From NCBI GenBank assembly GCA_963745545.1, contig CAVUXS010000002.1, positions 730,982 through 794,981 on the forward strand: a DNA stretch of 64,000 nucleotides, in the 5' to 3' direction. This stretch comes from an uncultured Actinomycetota bacterium. Lineage in GTDB: Bacteria; Actinomycetota; Actinomycetes; Actinomycetales; Dermatophilaceae. The notes beneath the pieces were generated by a model. The model was given only the letters and a program-made list of their open reading frames with translations, did not search any database and was not told the DNA's origin. This document shows, piece after piece, positions 63,265 through 64,000 of this stretch (the first letter of the stretch is position 1; every line of letters begins with the position of its first letter). A program made the position numbers and the translations under genes.

Positions 63265-64000
63265 ATGGCGAGCCACGATGCTCCCAGCGCCCGCGACGTG
63301 ATTGCACTCGGGCGGGCGGTGCTCGGCATCGAACTGGGCTCAACACGAATCAAGGCAGTGCTCATCGACCCGCAGGGCCGCCCGCTGGCGGGCGGAAGCC
63401 ACACGTGGGAGAACAGGTTCGTCGACCGGGTGTGGACCTACACGGTTGAGGACATCTGGTCGGGAGTTCAGGGCAGCTTCGAGTCGATGTGCGCGGACGC
63501 GCAGGAACGGCACGGAGTCCGCCCCACCGCGTTGGGGGCCCTGGGTGTGTCCGCGATGATGCATGGCTATCTCGCCTTCGACGCCTCGGGCGAGCTGCTC
63601 ACGCCGTTCCGGACGTGGCGCAACACGACAACTGACCAGTCGGCGGCCGAGCTCACCGAACTGTTCGGGTGCACCATCCCGCTGCGCTGGTCGATCGCTC
63701 ATCTCTACCAGGCGATCCTGGATGAGGAGCCCCACGTTGCGCAGGTGGCGTCACTGACCACCTTGGCGGGCTACGTCCACCGCTGCCTTGCAGGGCTGCA
63801 CGTGCTCGGCGTCGGCGACGCGTCGGGCATGTTCCCCATCGACGCGGAGACGAAGACCTACGACGCCCAGCGCCTCGCGCAGTTCGACGCCTTGGTCGCC
63901 GATCGTCACCCCGACCTGTCGCTGGCTCGGCTCCTGCCGCGGGTGCTCACCGCAGGCGCGGAGGCGGGCCGGCTCACCGAGCAGGGCGCGGCGCTGTTGG
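63265..64000 (+). CDS. araB: FGGY-family sugar kinase (probable L-ribulokinase), runs off the window
   Basis: LGIELGSTRIKAVL, GSHTWEN, SAMMHGYLAFD, PFRTWRN, IPLRWSIAHLYQA, GDASGMFPID; AAGGAG upstream; divergent from araDA. Confidence 0.8.
   Translation, partial: MASHDAPSARDVIALGRAVLGIELGSTRIKAVLIDPQGRPLAGGSHTWENRFVDRVWTYTVEDIWSGVQGSFESMCADAQERHGVRPTALGALGVSAMMHGYLAFDASGELLTPFRTWRNTTTDQSAAELTELFGCTIPLRWSIAHLYQAILDEEPHVAQVASLTTLAGYVHRCLAGLHVLGVGDASGMFPIDAETKTYDAQRLAQFDALVADRHPDLSLARLLPRVLTAGAEAGRLTEQGAALL

Overview
High-GC actinobacterial DNA (genus cannot be fixed from sequence alone) from an accessory region. I saw no rRNA, tRNA, CRISPR array or intact transposase/integrase. Many recognisable genes carry single-base indels in patches (about 0.6-1.9, 8.3-10, 18.7-24.6, 42.5-45.3 and 55-58.5 kb). 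These look like assembly or long-read errors, so such genes are given as reconstructed spans with approximate ends. Main content: (1) a ~15 kb cluster at 16.5-31.9 kb, with a divergent AraC regulator, joining two TauD-like Fe/2OG proteins (one with HxG instead of HxD), a quinone oxidoreductase, a BKACE beta-keto-acid cleavage enzyme, MFS, YdeN hydrolase, acyl-CoA ligase, YeiH-type exporter, 3-oxoacid CoA-transferase A/B, PHA synthase plus depolymerase and an acyl-CoA dehydrogenase. This is the best candidate for an undescribed pathway. (2) A block of secreted proteins: M6 protease, Gly-rich protein, C-type lectin and an Asp-box propeller. (3) A 65-bp near-perfect direct repeat (53130/59408) bracketing ~6.2 kb, plus a recurring intergenic TCTGGCRGGA motif. 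(4) Several short gene remnants (ThuA, SGNH, 2H-like, ICMT, RelE, LacI). (5) An arabinose catabolic locus at the right end. All protein calls come from motif recognition, not database searches.
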